Shown: positions 8,885-17,819 of the stretch, one piece after another
How the letters are laid out: each line of letters opens with the position of its first letter
How positions within the stretch are numbered: position 1 is the first letter of the stretch
NCBI RefSeq assembly: GCF_000940845.1
Contig: NZ_CP010341.1
Coordinates: 690,001 to 722,000 of the forward strand
DNA: 32,000 bases
Direction: 5' to 3'
Origin: Propionibacterium freudenreichii subsp. freudenreichii
GTDB taxonomy: Bacteria > Actinomycetota > Actinomycetes > Propionibacteriales > Propionibacteriaceae
Notes under the pieces: model-generated
What the model saw: the letters and a program-made list of their open reading frames with translations, nothing else
What the model was told of the DNA's origin: nothing
Databases searched by the model: none
Position numbers and translations under genes: made by a program

Positions 8885-9032
8885 CAGCGGCGCCGGGTCC
8901 CGATGCCGGCGTCATGCGGCGGCCTCGATTCGGCCGTGTGTGTGGGCAGGGGGTGGGCGCCGTGGCCATCGCGTCCACGGGGATTCGGCGCCTGACAAGC
9001 CGGGCTGGACGCGGTTACTAGAATGGCAGTTC

Positions 9033-10028
9033 GTGACCACTGACGAGGTACAGCTGAGGCTGGCAGGCATTGACGATGCGCCGGACCTCCTGGCCATCAT
9101 CCGCAGCGCCTTCGGCGTGCGCCGTCCCGCGTCCACGCCGCCCGCCGCGATGAGTGATTCCACCGAGTCGGTGCGACGGCGCATTGCCGCGGGTGCCGGT
9201 GTGATCGCCGCGGTGAACGGCGAGGATGCCGGGTGCCTGTTGCTGGGCTTCGAGCCCGACCAGGTGCTGACGATGTCGCGGGTGAGCGTGCTGCCCACCC
9301 ACCAGCATGAGGGCATTGCCGCCGCCATGGCCCGCGCAGCGGCCGAATACGGGGCCGACCTCGGTTTCCGACGCGTGGAGCTGATGGCCCGCGCCGACTT
9401 TCCCGAGCTGGTCACCTGGTGGCAGCTGCACGGCTTCGAGGTCGATCGCGAGGTGCCCGGCGGATTCATCCTGGGTGCCGGGCTGCCGGTCAGCATCACG
9501 GTGCCCACACCCGAGGACATGCGTCGGCTGGGGGAGCTGCTCGCCGGCCACCTGCGCGGGGGCGACCTGCTCGTGGCCAATGGGGAACTCGGGGCGGGCA
9601 AGACCACGCTCGCCCAGGGGCTCGGTGCCGGGCTGCGCGTCGACGGCCCGGTGATCTCACCGACCTTCGTGCTGGCCCGCAACCACCATTCGTCGGTGGG
9701 CGGGCCCGACCTGGTACACGTGGACGCCTATCGGATGGGCTCGGCGGCCGAGCTGGAGGACATCGACCTCGATTCGTCGATGGCCGATTCGGTGACGCTG
9801 GTCGAATGGGGTGCGGGCCTGGCCGAGGGACTGGCCGACGACCGCCTCGACATCGACATCGTGCGCAGCGCCGACCCTGCGGACGACACTCGCGTGGTCT
9901 ACCTGCGCGGCCACGGTGCCCGCTGGGCCACCGAAGACCTCTATCCACTGCGCGAATCCTTCGTGCCGGGCACCGCCCCGCACCGCTCCGCGCCACATGT
10001 TGCAGACCAGTCCGAGGAGACCGAATGA
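9033..10028 (+). CDS. tsaE: Fusion protein: N-terminal GNAT acetyltransferase domain + C-terminal t6A ATPase TsaE
   Basis: The N-terminal half has a GNAT fold pattern (LRLAGIDDAPDLLAIIRSAF ... VSVLPTHQHEGIAAAMARAAAEYGADLGFRRVEL ... WWQLHGFEV). The C-terminal half is TsaE, with P-loop GELGAGKTTLAQGL at ~9583-9606, then ISPTFVL and HVDAYR. ORF track start 8940 is a GTG. I prefer GTG 9033 because it sits 8 nt after a TAGAAT -10 box (9019-9024), and the 31 upstream codons look non-coding. The stop overlaps the tsaB start (ATGA). Confidence 0.8.
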   Translation: MTTDEVQLRLAGIDDAPDLLAIIRSAFGVRRPASTPPAAMSDSTESVRRRIAAGAGVIAAVNGEDAGCLLLGFEPDQVLTMSRVSVLPTHQHEGIAAAMARAAAEYGADLGFRRVELMARADFPELVTWWQLHGFEVDREVPGGFILGAGLPVSITVPTPEDMRRLGELLAGHLRGGDLLVANGELGAGKTTLAQGLGAGLRVDGPVISPTFVLARNHHSSVGGPDLVHVDAYRMGSAAELEDIDLDSSMADSVTLVEWGAGLAEGLADDRLDIDIVRSADPADDTRVVYLRGHGARWATEDLYPLRESFVPGTAPHRSAPHVADQSEETE

Positions 10029-10711
10029 CCACGTGGACCCTGTGTATCGACACCTCCACCGACGTGTGCGCCGGGCTGGCCCGGGACTCCGAGGTGGTGG
10101 CCAGTGCCCATGTGGGTGACAACCACTCCCATGTGGAACTGTTGATGCCCACCATCATGGGCCTGTTGGCCGACGCCGGCATCGGCCTGTCGCGGGTCGA
10201 TCGCGTGGGCGTGGGTTCGGGGCCGGGACCCTTCACCGGCCTGCGCGTGGGCATGGCCACCGCCTTCACCCTCGAGGTGGCCGGCAACAAGCCGGTCAAG
10301 GGCGTGTGCAGCCTCGACGTGATGGCCGCGCAATGGCGCGCCACCGCCCCGGCACCCGACGAATTCGTGATCGCCTCCGATGCGCGCCGCAAGGAGCTCT
10401 ACTGGGCCCGCTACGACCAGACGGGTCGCAGGGGAGAGCCCCAGGTCACCCTTCCGACCGCCCTGCCCGACCTGCCGATCGCCGGACCGGGCGTCGCCGT
10501 GTTCGCAGAACTGCTGACGTCGCGGATGCCGGCCGGTGCACCCACCTCGATCGATGCCGGCTTCATGGCCGCGCACCTGTCGCAGCTGCCCGATGCCGGT
10601 CGCGAGCCGATGTACCTGCGCGAACCCGATGCGAAGCCGCCGTCGGCCCGCAAGTCGGCGCTGGCGGGCAGCCATCGCCGCCTGGGCCCGGCCGTCCGAA
10701 GGACGCCATGA
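10025..10711 (+). CDS. tsaB: tRNA threonylcarbamoyladenosine biosynthesis protein TsaB
   Basis: MTTWTLCIDTSTDVCAGLA...VGVGSGPGPFTGLRVGMATA is the TsaB/YeaZ pattern. ATG 10025 overlaps the tsaE stop (ATGA). The long upstream part of ORF 9419..10711 overlaps tsaE and is not coding. Confidence 0.88.
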   Translation: MTTWTLCIDTSTDVCAGLARDSEVVASAHVGDNHSHVELLMPTIMGLLADAGIGLSRVDRVGVGSGPGPFTGLRVGMATAFTLEVAGNKPVKGVCSLDVMAAQWRATAPAPDEFVIASDARRKELYWARYDQTGRRGEPQVTLPTALPDLPIAGPGVAVFAELLTSRMPAGAPTSIDAGFMAAHLSQLPDAGREPMYLREPDAKPPSARKSALAGSHRRLGPAVRRTP

Positions 10712-11229
10712 CCGCCGCGCCCGCCGAGCCCCCGGATGATGCCGAGCTGGTCGAGGTCGGGGCGGGGGACCTCCCCGAGCTGGTGGCCCTGGAGTTCGAG
10801 GGCTTCCTGGGCCATGAGCGCTGGAGCGAGGCCTCCTGGCGTGCCGAGGTGTGCCGCGACAACCAGTGTGCCTTCGGGCTGCGCGTCGACGGACGACTCG
10901 TCGGTGCCGCCCTGGTGAGCGCCTGGGCGCCTGATGCGGAACTGTTGCGGATCATCGTGGCCCACGCCCACCGGCGTCGGCACTTCGCGGCGCGCCTGCT
11001 GGACGCCGCCACCGCATGGGCAACCAGCCGCGGGGCCACCCGGATGCTGCTCGAGGTGCGCGACGACAACCTCGGCGCGCTGGCCCTGTACCAGCGGGGC
11101 GGCTTCGTGCGCATGTCTGAACGTCGCAACTACTACGGGCCCCATGCCACCGCGCTGGTGCTCGTCCACACGCTTGAACCCGGCGTCACCGGAGCACCCG
11201 GCGACGCCACCAGGAAGGACACGCCATGA
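10708..11229 (+). CDS. rimI: Ribosomal-protein-alanine N-acetyltransferase (GNAT)
   Basis: 173 aa, with GNAT motif [51 protein letters not shown]. It holds the canonical position between tsaB and tsaD. ATGA overlaps occur at both ends (10708-10711, 11226-11229). Confidence 0.85.
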   Translation: MTAAPAEPPDDAELVEVGAGDLPELVALEFEGFLGHERWSEASWRAEVCRDNQCAFGLRVDGRLVGAALVSAWAPDAELLRIIVAHAHRRRHFAARLLDAATAWATSRGATRMLLEVRDDNLGALALYQRGGFVRMSERRNYYGPHATALVLVHTLEPGVTGAPGDATRKDTP

Positions 11230-12299
11230 GCGAGCCATTGGTGCTGGGCATCGAATCCAGCTGTGACGAAACCAGCGTCGGCATCGTGCGGGGGGAACAC
11301 CTGCTGGCCAATGAGGTGGCCAGTTCGGTGGAACTGCACGCCCGCTTCGGTGGCGTGGTGCCCGAGGTGGCCTCGCGGGCACACCTCGAAGCGATCGGCC
11401 CCACCCTGCGACGCGCCATCGAGACCGCCGACATCGACCTTTCCGAGCTCGACGCCGTCTCGGTGACCGCCGGGCCCGGACTGATGGGCTCCCTGGTGGT
11501 GGGCGTGGCGGCCGCCAAGGCGCTGGCCGCCTGCCTGAACAAGCCACTGTACGGGCTCAACCACCTGGTGGGCCATGTGGCGGTCGACCTGCTCGACCAT
11601 CCGGACGACGAGCCGGCACGTCCGATCGCCAAGCCCTGCCTAGCGCTGCTGGTCAGCGGTGGGCACACCCAGCTGCTCAAGGTGGACGACATCACCGGCG
11701 GAATTACCGAGGTGGGCACCACGATTGACGATGCCGCGGGGGAGGCCTATGACAAGGTGGCGCGCCTGCTGGGATTGCCCTATCCCGGCGGCCCGGTGAT
11801 CGACAGGGCCGCCCAGCAGGGTGATCCGAAGGCCATCCGCTTCCCGCGGGGCCTCACCGCCGGTCATGACATGGTCAAGCATCGCTTCGACTTCAGCTTC
11901 TCGGGCCTCAAGACCGCCGTGGCCCGTTGGGTGGAGACCCGGCGCCTGTCCGGGGACGAGGTGCCCCTCAACGACGTGGCCGCCAGCTTCCAGGAGGCGG
12001 TGGCCGATGTGATCACCGCCAAGGCGGTGGCGGCGGCGCAGTTCCACGGCATCACCCACATGATCATCGGTGGGGGCGTGGCGGCCAACTCGCGCCTGCG
12101 GGGCCTGCTGGCGGCCCGCACCGCGTCGGCAGGCATTGAGCTGCGGCGTCCCCGTCCGGCCCTGTGCACCGACAACGGGGCCATGATCGCCTGTCTGGGC
12201 GCGCAGGTGGTGAAGGCCGGCCTGGCCCCCAGCGGGCTGACGATCGCCGCCAATTCCGGTTTGCCGGTCGAGACCGTGGTCCTGCCGCCCGCTGCCTGA
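11226..12299 (+). CDS. tsaD: tRNA N6-adenosine threonylcarbamoyltransferase
   Basis: [26 protein letters not shown] (His pair), SGGHTQLL and [13 protein letters not shown] are Kae1/TsaD family signatures. 357 aa. Confidence 0.95.
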   Translation: MSEPLVLGIESSCDETSVGIVRGEHLLANEVASSVELHARFGGVVPEVASRAHLEAIGPTLRRAIETADIDLSELDAVSVTAGPGLMGSLVVGVAAAKALAACLNKPLYGLNHLVGHVAVDLLDHPDDEPARPIAKPCLALLVSGGHTQLLKVDDITGGITEVGTTIDDAAGEAYDKVARLLGLPYPGGPVIDRAAQQGDPKAIRFPRGLTAGHDMVKHRFDFSFSGLKTAVARWVETRRLSGDEVPLNDVAASFQEAVADVITAKAVAAAQFHGITHMIIGGGVAANSRLRGLLAARTASAGIELRRPRPALCTDNGAMIACLGAQVVKAGLAPSGLTIAANSGLPVETVVLPPAA

Positions 12300-12372
12300 G
12301 GCGCATGGGGCGGACTCCCAGGACGCGGGGGTCGTCACCGTCGGAACGCCGCCCATCACTAGGCTGTTCGCC

Positions 12373-14253
12373 ATGAGTGATGAGGCGCGTGATCCCGAGA
12401 CGACAAACCCCGCTGACGAGCCCTTGCCGGGCGACCACCTGTTCGAACGTCCCGTCCCGAATGTGGGCGACGACTCATCGGTCAACGAGCGCGACCGTGA
12501 TGTGAGTGGTTGGGCCTTCGACCAGGCCACCCAGGCGGCCCTCGACCGGGTGATCGGTGCCCGTCGCGATATTCGCCGCTTCCGTCCCGACCCCGTGTCG
12601 GACGAGCTGGTGCGCGAGGTGCTCAATGCGGGCCATGGTGGCCCCAGCGTCGGTCAGTCGCAGCCCTGGCGCTTCATCATCGTCAAGGATCGTCGCACTC
12701 GCGAGCGTGCCGCGCTGATGTCGGATCGTGAGCGGATGCGCCAGTCGCGTCAGCTCACCGCCGAACGCTCCCAGCGGCTCCTCGACCTGCAGCTCGAGGG
12801 CATCCGGGAGGCGCCCCTGGGCATCGTGGTGGCCTGCGATCGTCGCGCCCCCGCTGCCGGGGTGCTGGGCCGCAACACCTTCCACGACGCCGACATGTGG
12901 AGCTGCGCGGCGGCCATCGAGAACATGTGGCTCACGGCCCGTGCGCTGGGACTCGGCATGGGCTGGGTCACGCTGATGCAGCCCGACGAGCTGGCCGGCC
13001 TGCTGAACCTCCCCGAGGGCGTCACGACGCTCGGCTGGCTGTGCCTGGGCTGGCCCAACGAACGTCCGCCCTACCCGGGGCTGGAGCGGCGTGCCTGGTC
13101 GCACAAGCTGCCCCTCGACCAGGTGGTGATGACCGACCGCTGGCCCGACAACGGCCCCGAGCCGCCGGTGTCCGCCCTGGCCGGCATGGCCCCGGCCGAG
13201 CCGGTGGAATCACTGATCACCCGGCCCATCCCCGACGATCCCAGCTCGGTGCTGTGGTCCGATGTGCACGCGCCCAGCCCCCAACAGGTGGTGGATGCGC
13301 GCGACAAGGGCGAGAAGCTGCTCACCCCACCCGGATCGCTCGGCAAGCTCGACCAGGCACTTGACCGCCTGGTGGCTGCCAGCGGCGACCAGGTCACCGG
13401 CGGCACCCTGGTGCTCGTGGGTGCCGACCACCCGCTGAACGCTCACAAGGTGTCGGCCTTCGACCAGTCAGTCAGCCGTCAGGTGATGGAGGCCGCGTTG
13501 GAAGGACGCGCCGTGGGCGTGGTCACCGCTCGCAGCGCCGGACTCGACGTGATGGTGGTCGACGCCGGCATCGACGGCGGCCCGGTCGCTGGTTGCGAAC
13601 TGGCCCGTCCCGAGGACGTGCGTGGCGACCTGGTGAACACCTCGGCCATGACCACCGCCGATGTGCGTCGCCTGGTGACCCGGGGACGTGAACTCGGTGC
13701 CCGCGCCGCGCAGCGCGGTGTGGTCTGTCTGGGCGAGATCGGCATCGGCAACACCACGATCGCCTCCGCGCTGGCATGCGTGTTCACCGGCATCACACCC
13801 GAGCAGGCCGCTGGGATCGGTGCCGGCTCCGACGCCAAGATGGTGGAGCACAAGGCCGAGGTGCTGCGCGCGATCTTCGCCCGCACCGACATCACCGCGC
13901 TGCGTGCCGATCCGGCCCTCGCGCTGGCGGAGGTTGGCGGCCCCGAATTCGCCGTGCTCGCCGGCGTCATCCTGGGTGCCGTGGAGGCCGGCTCCACCGT
14001 CGTGCTCGACGGGCTGGCGGGCAGCGTGCCGGCCCTGGCCGTGGTCGAGGTGAACCCGGCCGTGCAGTCCTATCTCATCGCGGGGCAGGTCAGCCGCGAG
14101 TTCGCCCATGGCGCGGTGCTCACCCGCCTGGGCCTGGAACCGCTGGTCAGCCTGCGCTTGCGCGCCGGTGAGGGAGTGGGGGCCTGCCTGGCCACCCAGA
14201 TGCTGTTCACCGGACTGGCCGTGCGTCGCCAGTCCGGGCGCACCGAGGAGTAG
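12373..14253 (+). CDS. bluB/cobT2: BluB/CobT2 fusion: 5,6-dimethylbenzimidazole synthase fused to nicotinate-nucleotide--DMB phosphoribosyltransferase
   Basis: The N-terminal ~250 aa are a BluB-type nitroreductase fold (RRDIRRFRPDPVSDELV...GPSVGQSQPWRFIIV). A ~50-aa linker follows. The C-terminal part is CobT (LTPPGSLGKLD ... GEIGIGNTTIASAL ... GEGVGA). It is one uninterrupted 626-aa ORF. A TAGGCT box at 12360-12365 lies 7 nt before the ATG. Confidence 0.9.
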   Translation: MSDEARDPETTNPADEPLPGDHLFERPVPNVGDDSSVNERDRDVSGWAFDQATQAALDRVIGARRDIRRFRPDPVSDELVREVLNAGHGGPSVGQSQPWRFIIVKDRRTRERAALMSDRERMRQSRQLTAERSQRLLDLQLEGIREAPLGIVVACDRRAPAAGVLGRNTFHDADMWSCAAAIENMWLTARALGLGMGWVTLMQPDELAGLLNLPEGVTTLGWLCLGWPNERPPYPGLERRAWSHKLPLDQVVMTDRWPDNGPEPPVSALAGMAPAEPVESLITRPIPDDPSSVLWSDVHAPSPQQVVDARDKGEKLLTPPGSLGKLDQALDRLVAASGDQVTGGTLVLVGADHPLNAHKVSAFDQSVSRQVMEAALEGRAVGVVTARSAGLDVMVVDAGIDGGPVAGCELARPEDVRGDLVNTSAMTTADVRRLVTRGRELGARAAQRGVVCLGEIGIGNTTIASALACVFTGITPEQAAGIGAGSDAKMVEHKAEVLRAIFARTDITALRADPALALAEVGGPEFAVLAGVILGAVEAGSTVVLDGLAGSVPALAVVEVNPAVQSYLIAGQVSREFAHGAVLTRLGLEPLVSLRLRAGEGVGACLATQMLFTGLAVRRQSGRTEE

Positions 14254-14278
14254 CGCTCCCGCAGCGCACGCGCCCGTG

Positions 14279-14324
14279 CCAAGGAGCCCCGGCCGGACCA
14301 TCCGGTCCTACCGGGGCCCCTTGG
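14279..14324 (+). terminator. Long GC-rich hairpin downstream of bluB/cobT2 (terminator candidate, no U-tract)
   Basis: CCAAGGAGCCCCGG...CCGGGGCCCCTTGG forms a 14-bp outer stem with one mismatch. The inner stem is GGACC-ATCC-GGTCC. It lies 26 nt after the stop. Confidence 0.5.
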
Positions 14325-14436
14325 CCTGCGGTGGCCGGTTCGGTGGGCGGCTACCGTTGAATCATCCGCGGCGATGGCCGCTGGAGCCGACGCCGCTGCG
14401 ATTCCGCGGCGTGACGCACCGACGTGATGAGGACCC

Positions 14437-15885
14437 ATGAGCGAGAACACCGATCGGGCGAAGACGCCCACCACCAAGCCGAAGGGCGCCGCAGCCCAGC
14501 CGACCGGGCAGCCGTCGCAGGCCGACGAATTGCTGGCCACCACTGCGGTGGAGGGCTCACTGGCCGCCCTCGATGAGGCCCGCGTGCTCGATCCGTCATG
14601 GGCCGACACGGCCGCCAAGGACTTCCTGGGGCACAGCGCGGCCCGCGTGATGGGCAATGCCGTGGCCACCACGGACGTGGAGAAGCTCTCGCTCGATCGC
14701 ACGGTGGTCACCTCGATCGATTCGTCGATGAGCGATCTCATCAAGGACGCGGCGATCACCGACCAGAAGCGCTCCGGACGGTGCTGGGCGTTCGCCGGAC
14801 TCAATGTGTTGCGCGCCGCGGCCATCAAGCAACTGGAGGTGCCCGACTTCGAGTTCAGCCAGAACTTCATCTTCTTCTACTCGAAGCTCGAGAAGGCCAA
14901 CTGGTTCCTGGCCCAGATGATCGCCGACGCGGATCGTCGCCTCGACGACCGCGAGGTGGCCGAACTGCTCGCGTCGCCGATCGGTGACGGGGGCTGGTGG
15001 CCCGAGTTCACCTTCCTGGTGTCCAAGTACGGCCTGGTGCCCAAGTACGCGATGCCCGACACCGACTCGGCCGCGAATTCGGCGGCGATGAACAAGCACC
15101 TCTCGGAGCTCCTGCGGCGCGCGACCCTGCGCCTGCGCCGGGCGATTGAGATGGACGATGATCCCGATGCCGTGCGCCTGGAGACGATGGATGCCGCCTT
15201 CCGCATGCTGGCCACCCACCTCGGCGTACCGCCCACCGAGTTCGTCTGGCAGTACCGCAACAAGGACGGCGACTTCACCCGCGTCGGCACGCTCACCCCG
15301 CGGGAGTTCGCCGAGAAGTACATGCCCGATCCCGATGTGTGGGCGGTGGTCGCGCATGATCCGCGTCCCGAGATCAGCCTTCACACGCTGTACGGCATCG
15401 ACCGCAGCAATCGTGCGGTGGGGGCCCGCACCGCCAACCACGTGACCGCCGAGCTCGAAGTGCTCAAGGACGCTGCCATCGCCGCTGTGAAGGCCGGCCA
15501 GCCGGTGTGGTTCGCCTGCGATGTGAAGGCCCAGTTCGACAAGGACCTGGGCGTGTGGGACGCCCACCTGCACGACTACGAGGGCGTCTACGGCGTGGAC
15601 CTGGCCATGGACAAGGCCGAGCGGCTCACCACGCGCAGTTCGGCCCCCACGCACGCCATGTGCCTGACCGGCGTCGACCTGGTGGACGGCGAGCCGCGTC
15701 GCTGGCGCGTCGAGAACTCGTGGGGCGACACCGTGGGCGAGAAAGGCTACTGGACGATGAACGACTCCTGGTTCGACGAATACGTCTACCAGGTGGTCGT
15801 GCCGGTCACCGACCTGCCGGAGGATGTGCGCGCAGCGCTCGACACCGAACCGACGATCCTGCCGAGCTGGGATCCCCTTGCCTGA
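14437..15885 (+). CDS. pepC: Aminopeptidase C (C1-family cysteine peptidase, bleomycin-hydrolase type)
   Basis: The catalytic-Cys context QKRSGRCWAFAGLNVLR is diagnostic of PepC. The C-terminal region ends ...WRVENSWG...GYWTMNDSWFDEYVYQVVV. GAGGA Shine-Dalgarno lies 3 nt upstream of ATG 14437. There are ~40 extra N-terminal residues relative to the usual Cys position. Confidence 0.9.
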   Translation: MSENTDRAKTPTTKPKGAAAQPTGQPSQADELLATTAVEGSLAALDEARVLDPSWADTAAKDFLGHSAARVMGNAVATTDVEKLSLDRTVVTSIDSSMSDLIKDAAITDQKRSGRCWAFAGLNVLRAAAIKQLEVPDFEFSQNFIFFYSKLEKANWFLAQMIADADRRLDDREVAELLASPIGDGGWWPEFTFLVSKYGLVPKYAMPDTDSAANSAAMNKHLSELLRRATLRLRRAIEMDDDPDAVRLETMDAAFRMLATHLGVPPTEFVWQYRNKDGDFTRVGTLTPREFAEKYMPDPDVWAVVAHDPRPEISLHTLYGIDRSNRAVGARTANHVTAELEVLKDAAIAAVKAGQPVWFACDVKAQFDKDLGVWDAHLHDYEGVYGVDLAMDKAERLTTRSSAPTHAMCLTGVDLVDGEPRRWRVENSWGDTVGEKGYWTMNDSWFDEYVYQVVVPVTDLPEDVRAALDTEPTILPSWDPLA

Positions 15886-15939
15886 GCAGGGAATCGCCAC
15901 GCCCGTCGTGGGTCGGGGCGGAGCCGGGGGAGCGCGGAC

Positions 15940-16425
15940 ATGATCACGCCCACGCTCACCACCCTGGCGTTCATCCTGAGCCCCGATCGGCGTCAGGTGC
16001 TGATGGTGCATCGCATCGCCCGCTCGGACGATGACCAGCTGGGCAAGTACAACGGGCTCGGCGGCAAGGTCGAGCGCTATGAGGACGTGGTGGCCGGCAT
16101 GCGCCGCGAGCTGCGCGAGGAGGCCCATCTCGAGGTCGACTCGATGCAGCTGCGCGGCACGGTCAGCTGGCCCGGGTTCAATCCAGACGGCTCCGACCAA
16201 TTCGGGTTCATCTTCCTGGTCGATGCTTGGCACGGTGACATCCCCGAGGCCAACGAGGAGGGTCCGCTGGGCTGGCAGCCCATCGACGCCCTGGGGGAAC
16301 TGCCGATGTGGGAGGGGGACCGCTATTTCGTGCCCCTGGTCTTCGATTCGGGCATCAGCCAGTTCCATGCGGTGATCCCCTACGAGGACGGGCACCCCAC
16401 CTCGGCCAGCTGGTCGGTGCTGTAG
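15940..16425 (+). CDS. Nudix hydrolase (MutT-like)
   Basis: Nudix box GGKVERYEDVVAGMRRELREEAHL fits G-x5-E-x7-REUxEExGU. 161 aa. GGGGAG lies upstream of the ATG. Confidence 0.85.
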   Translation: MITPTLTTLAFILSPDRRQVLMVHRIARSDDDQLGKYNGLGGKVERYEDVVAGMRRELREEAHLEVDSMQLRGTVSWPGFNPDGSDQFGFIFLVDAWHGDIPEANEEGPLGWQPIDALGELPMWEGDRYFVPLVFDSGISQFHAVIPYEDGHPTSASWSVL

Positions 16426-16533
16426 CGCACGGCCACGGCCTCCAGCTGCGCCCCGGCCCAGTCACCATGCGACGCAACAAATCACGGCGTGGAGGCCTGC
16501 GGAGTGCAAGTTTTCGCGTTGAGCGGCCACGCT

Positions 16534-16562
16534 TTGAGAACACTGCCGGCCTCACGTAACAT
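16534..16562 (+). promoter_or_regulatory. Sigma-A type promoter driving a leaderless MFS transcript
   Basis: TTGAGA (16534-16539), a 17-nt spacer, then TAACAT (16557-16562). The GTG start at 16569 is 6 nt after the -10 box, where transcription would initiate. There is no Shine-Dalgarno. Confidence 0.55.
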
Positions 16563-16568
16563 TCTGCG

Positions 16569-17795
16569 GTGAATTTTTGGCGAAAAGACCTCTCCCTGCT
16601 GCGTGAACCGGGCGTGGGCTTGCTGTTCGCCGGACGCACCCTCAACACGCTCGGCATGTCATTTGCGCCCGTCGCGCTGTCCTTCGGCATCCTCGGACTG
16701 CCCGGCGGTTCGGCCTCGCTGCTGTCCATCGTGTTGGCCGCGGAGTCGATTCCGCTGGTGCTCTTCCTGCTCGTCGGCGGTGCCCTGGCCGATCGCCTGC
16801 CGTGTCAGCGCGTGATCATGGCCAGCCAAGTCCTGGCATCCGTGTCGTACACCGCGCTGGCGAGCCTCATCGCCCTGGGCGTGGCCAATGCCTATGCGCT
16901 GTGTGCGGCCGCCGTGTTGTCGGGCGTCGGCGCAGCCATGGGGTTCCCCGCCTTCACCGGGCTCATCCCGCAGATCGTGGCACCCGACCGGTTGCAGACC
17001 GGCAACGCCCTGCTGTCCTTCGGTGCCGCCGTCGCGCGGATCGCCGGCGTGGTGGCCGGTGGCGTGGTCACGGCCGTGATCGGCGGAGCTGGTGGCCTGG
17101 GCGTCAGCGCACTGATGTACGCGTTGACCGCCGCCACCGCGGTGCGCCTGCACCCGCGCTACAACACCGGTGCCCGTGACGTGGTGCCGGGGCTGGTCAG
17201 CGACATGAAGGAGGGGTGGCGCGAGTTCGTCAGCCGGGAGTGGCTGTGGGTGGTCGTGGCCGCCTGGTCGCTGCTGAACATGTGCTTCAACGCGGCCCAT
17301 GCCGTGCTGGGCCCGGTGATCGCCAAGGAACGACTTGGTGGGGCCGAACCGTGGTCGTGGGTGCTCGCCGCCGAGTCGGTCGGTGAGGTGATCGCGGTGT
17401 TCGTGGCGATGCGTTGGCGTCCGCGCCATCCGCTGCTCAAGCCCCTGATCATCACCATGATCGCCATGCCGGCACCCTTCACGATGCTCGGCCTGTCGGC
17501 ACCGCTGTGGGCAATCATCGTGGCGTCCGCGCCGATGGGCCTGGCCTTCATGGTGTTCGACGCGATGGGATCGTTCATGCTCGGCCCGGTCGGACTGCTG
17601 ATCGCCGGACCCCTGGCGGCCCATGTCGGGGCCGCCCCGGCCACCTTCGGTTGTGGCGTGTTGATGTTCCTCATCGCCGGCGTGGCCCTGTTCTCCCGTG
17701 ATGTGCGCACCCTGGAGTGGAGCGAAGCGACCTCCGGGCCCGACCGCACCCCCGAGCTGGTCTCCACGCCGGTGGAGGTCACGGTCTCTGCCTGA
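16569..17795 (+). CDS. MFS transporter (12-TM class, substrate unknown)
   Basis: 408 aa and hydrophobic throughout, with ~12 predicted helices. It has the typical MFS loop motif (GALADRL) after TM2. GTG start. Confidence 0.85.
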   Translation: MNFWRKDLSLLREPGVGLLFAGRTLNTLGMSFAPVALSFGILGLPGGSASLLSIVLAAESIPLVLFLLVGGALADRLPCQRVIMASQVLASVSYTALASLIALGVANAYALCAAAVLSGVGAAMGFPAFTGLIPQIVAPDRLQTGNALLSFGAAVARIAGVVAGGVVTAVIGGAGGLGVSALMYALTAATAVRLHPRYNTGARDVVPGLVSDMKEGWREFVSREWLWVVVAAWSLLNMCFNAAHAVLGPVIAKERLGGAEPWSWVLAAESVGEVIAVFVAMRWRPRHPLLKPLIITMIAMPAPFTMLGLSAPLWAIIVASAPMGLAFMVFDAMGSFMLGPVGLLIAGPLAAHVGAAPATFGCGVLMFLIAGVALFSRDVRTLEWSEATSGPDRTPELVSTPVEVTVSA

Positions 17796-17819
17796 GCCGG
17801 CCGGCCCTAGGCTCACGGT

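Noticed and set aside
8940-9032. Upstream extension of the GNAT-TsaE ORF (GTG 8940, MWAGGGRRGHRVHGDSAPDKPGWTRLLEWQF).
   Set aside because: The composition looks non-coding, and the ORF begins only ~65 nt after the helicase terminator hairpin. A TAGAAT -10 box just before GTG 9033 fits a leaderless start. It is kept as an alternative start only.
9419-10024. Long N-terminal extensions of the tsaB ORF (9419..10711), the rimI ORF (10306..11229) and the second permease ORF (21042..22109).
   Set aside because: The extensions overlap the preceding genes in another frame and are Arg/Pro/Gly-rich. Internal ATG/GTG codons that overlap the upstream stop (ATGA/GTGA) give proteins of canonical length.
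12300-12372. Cobalamin riboswitch upstream of bluB/cobT2.
   Set aside because: Only 73 nt are available, and I could not find a B12-box-like element. That is too short for the ~200-nt aptamer plus expression platform.
14596-16395. 599-aa ORF on the minus strand opposite pepC and the Nudix gene. Similar long antisense ORFs lie opposite glmS (981..2042), nnr (2681..4162), groEL (23096..24955), guaB (25435..27006), guaB3 (26876..28525), the ABC genes (19939..21231, 20997..22130) and tsaD (11640..12626).
   Set aside because: Stop codons are rare in all frames of GC-rich DNA. These translations are Arg/Gly/Ala/His-rich with no recognisable motifs. Each lies exactly opposite a gene with clear family signatures, so they are shadow ORFs.
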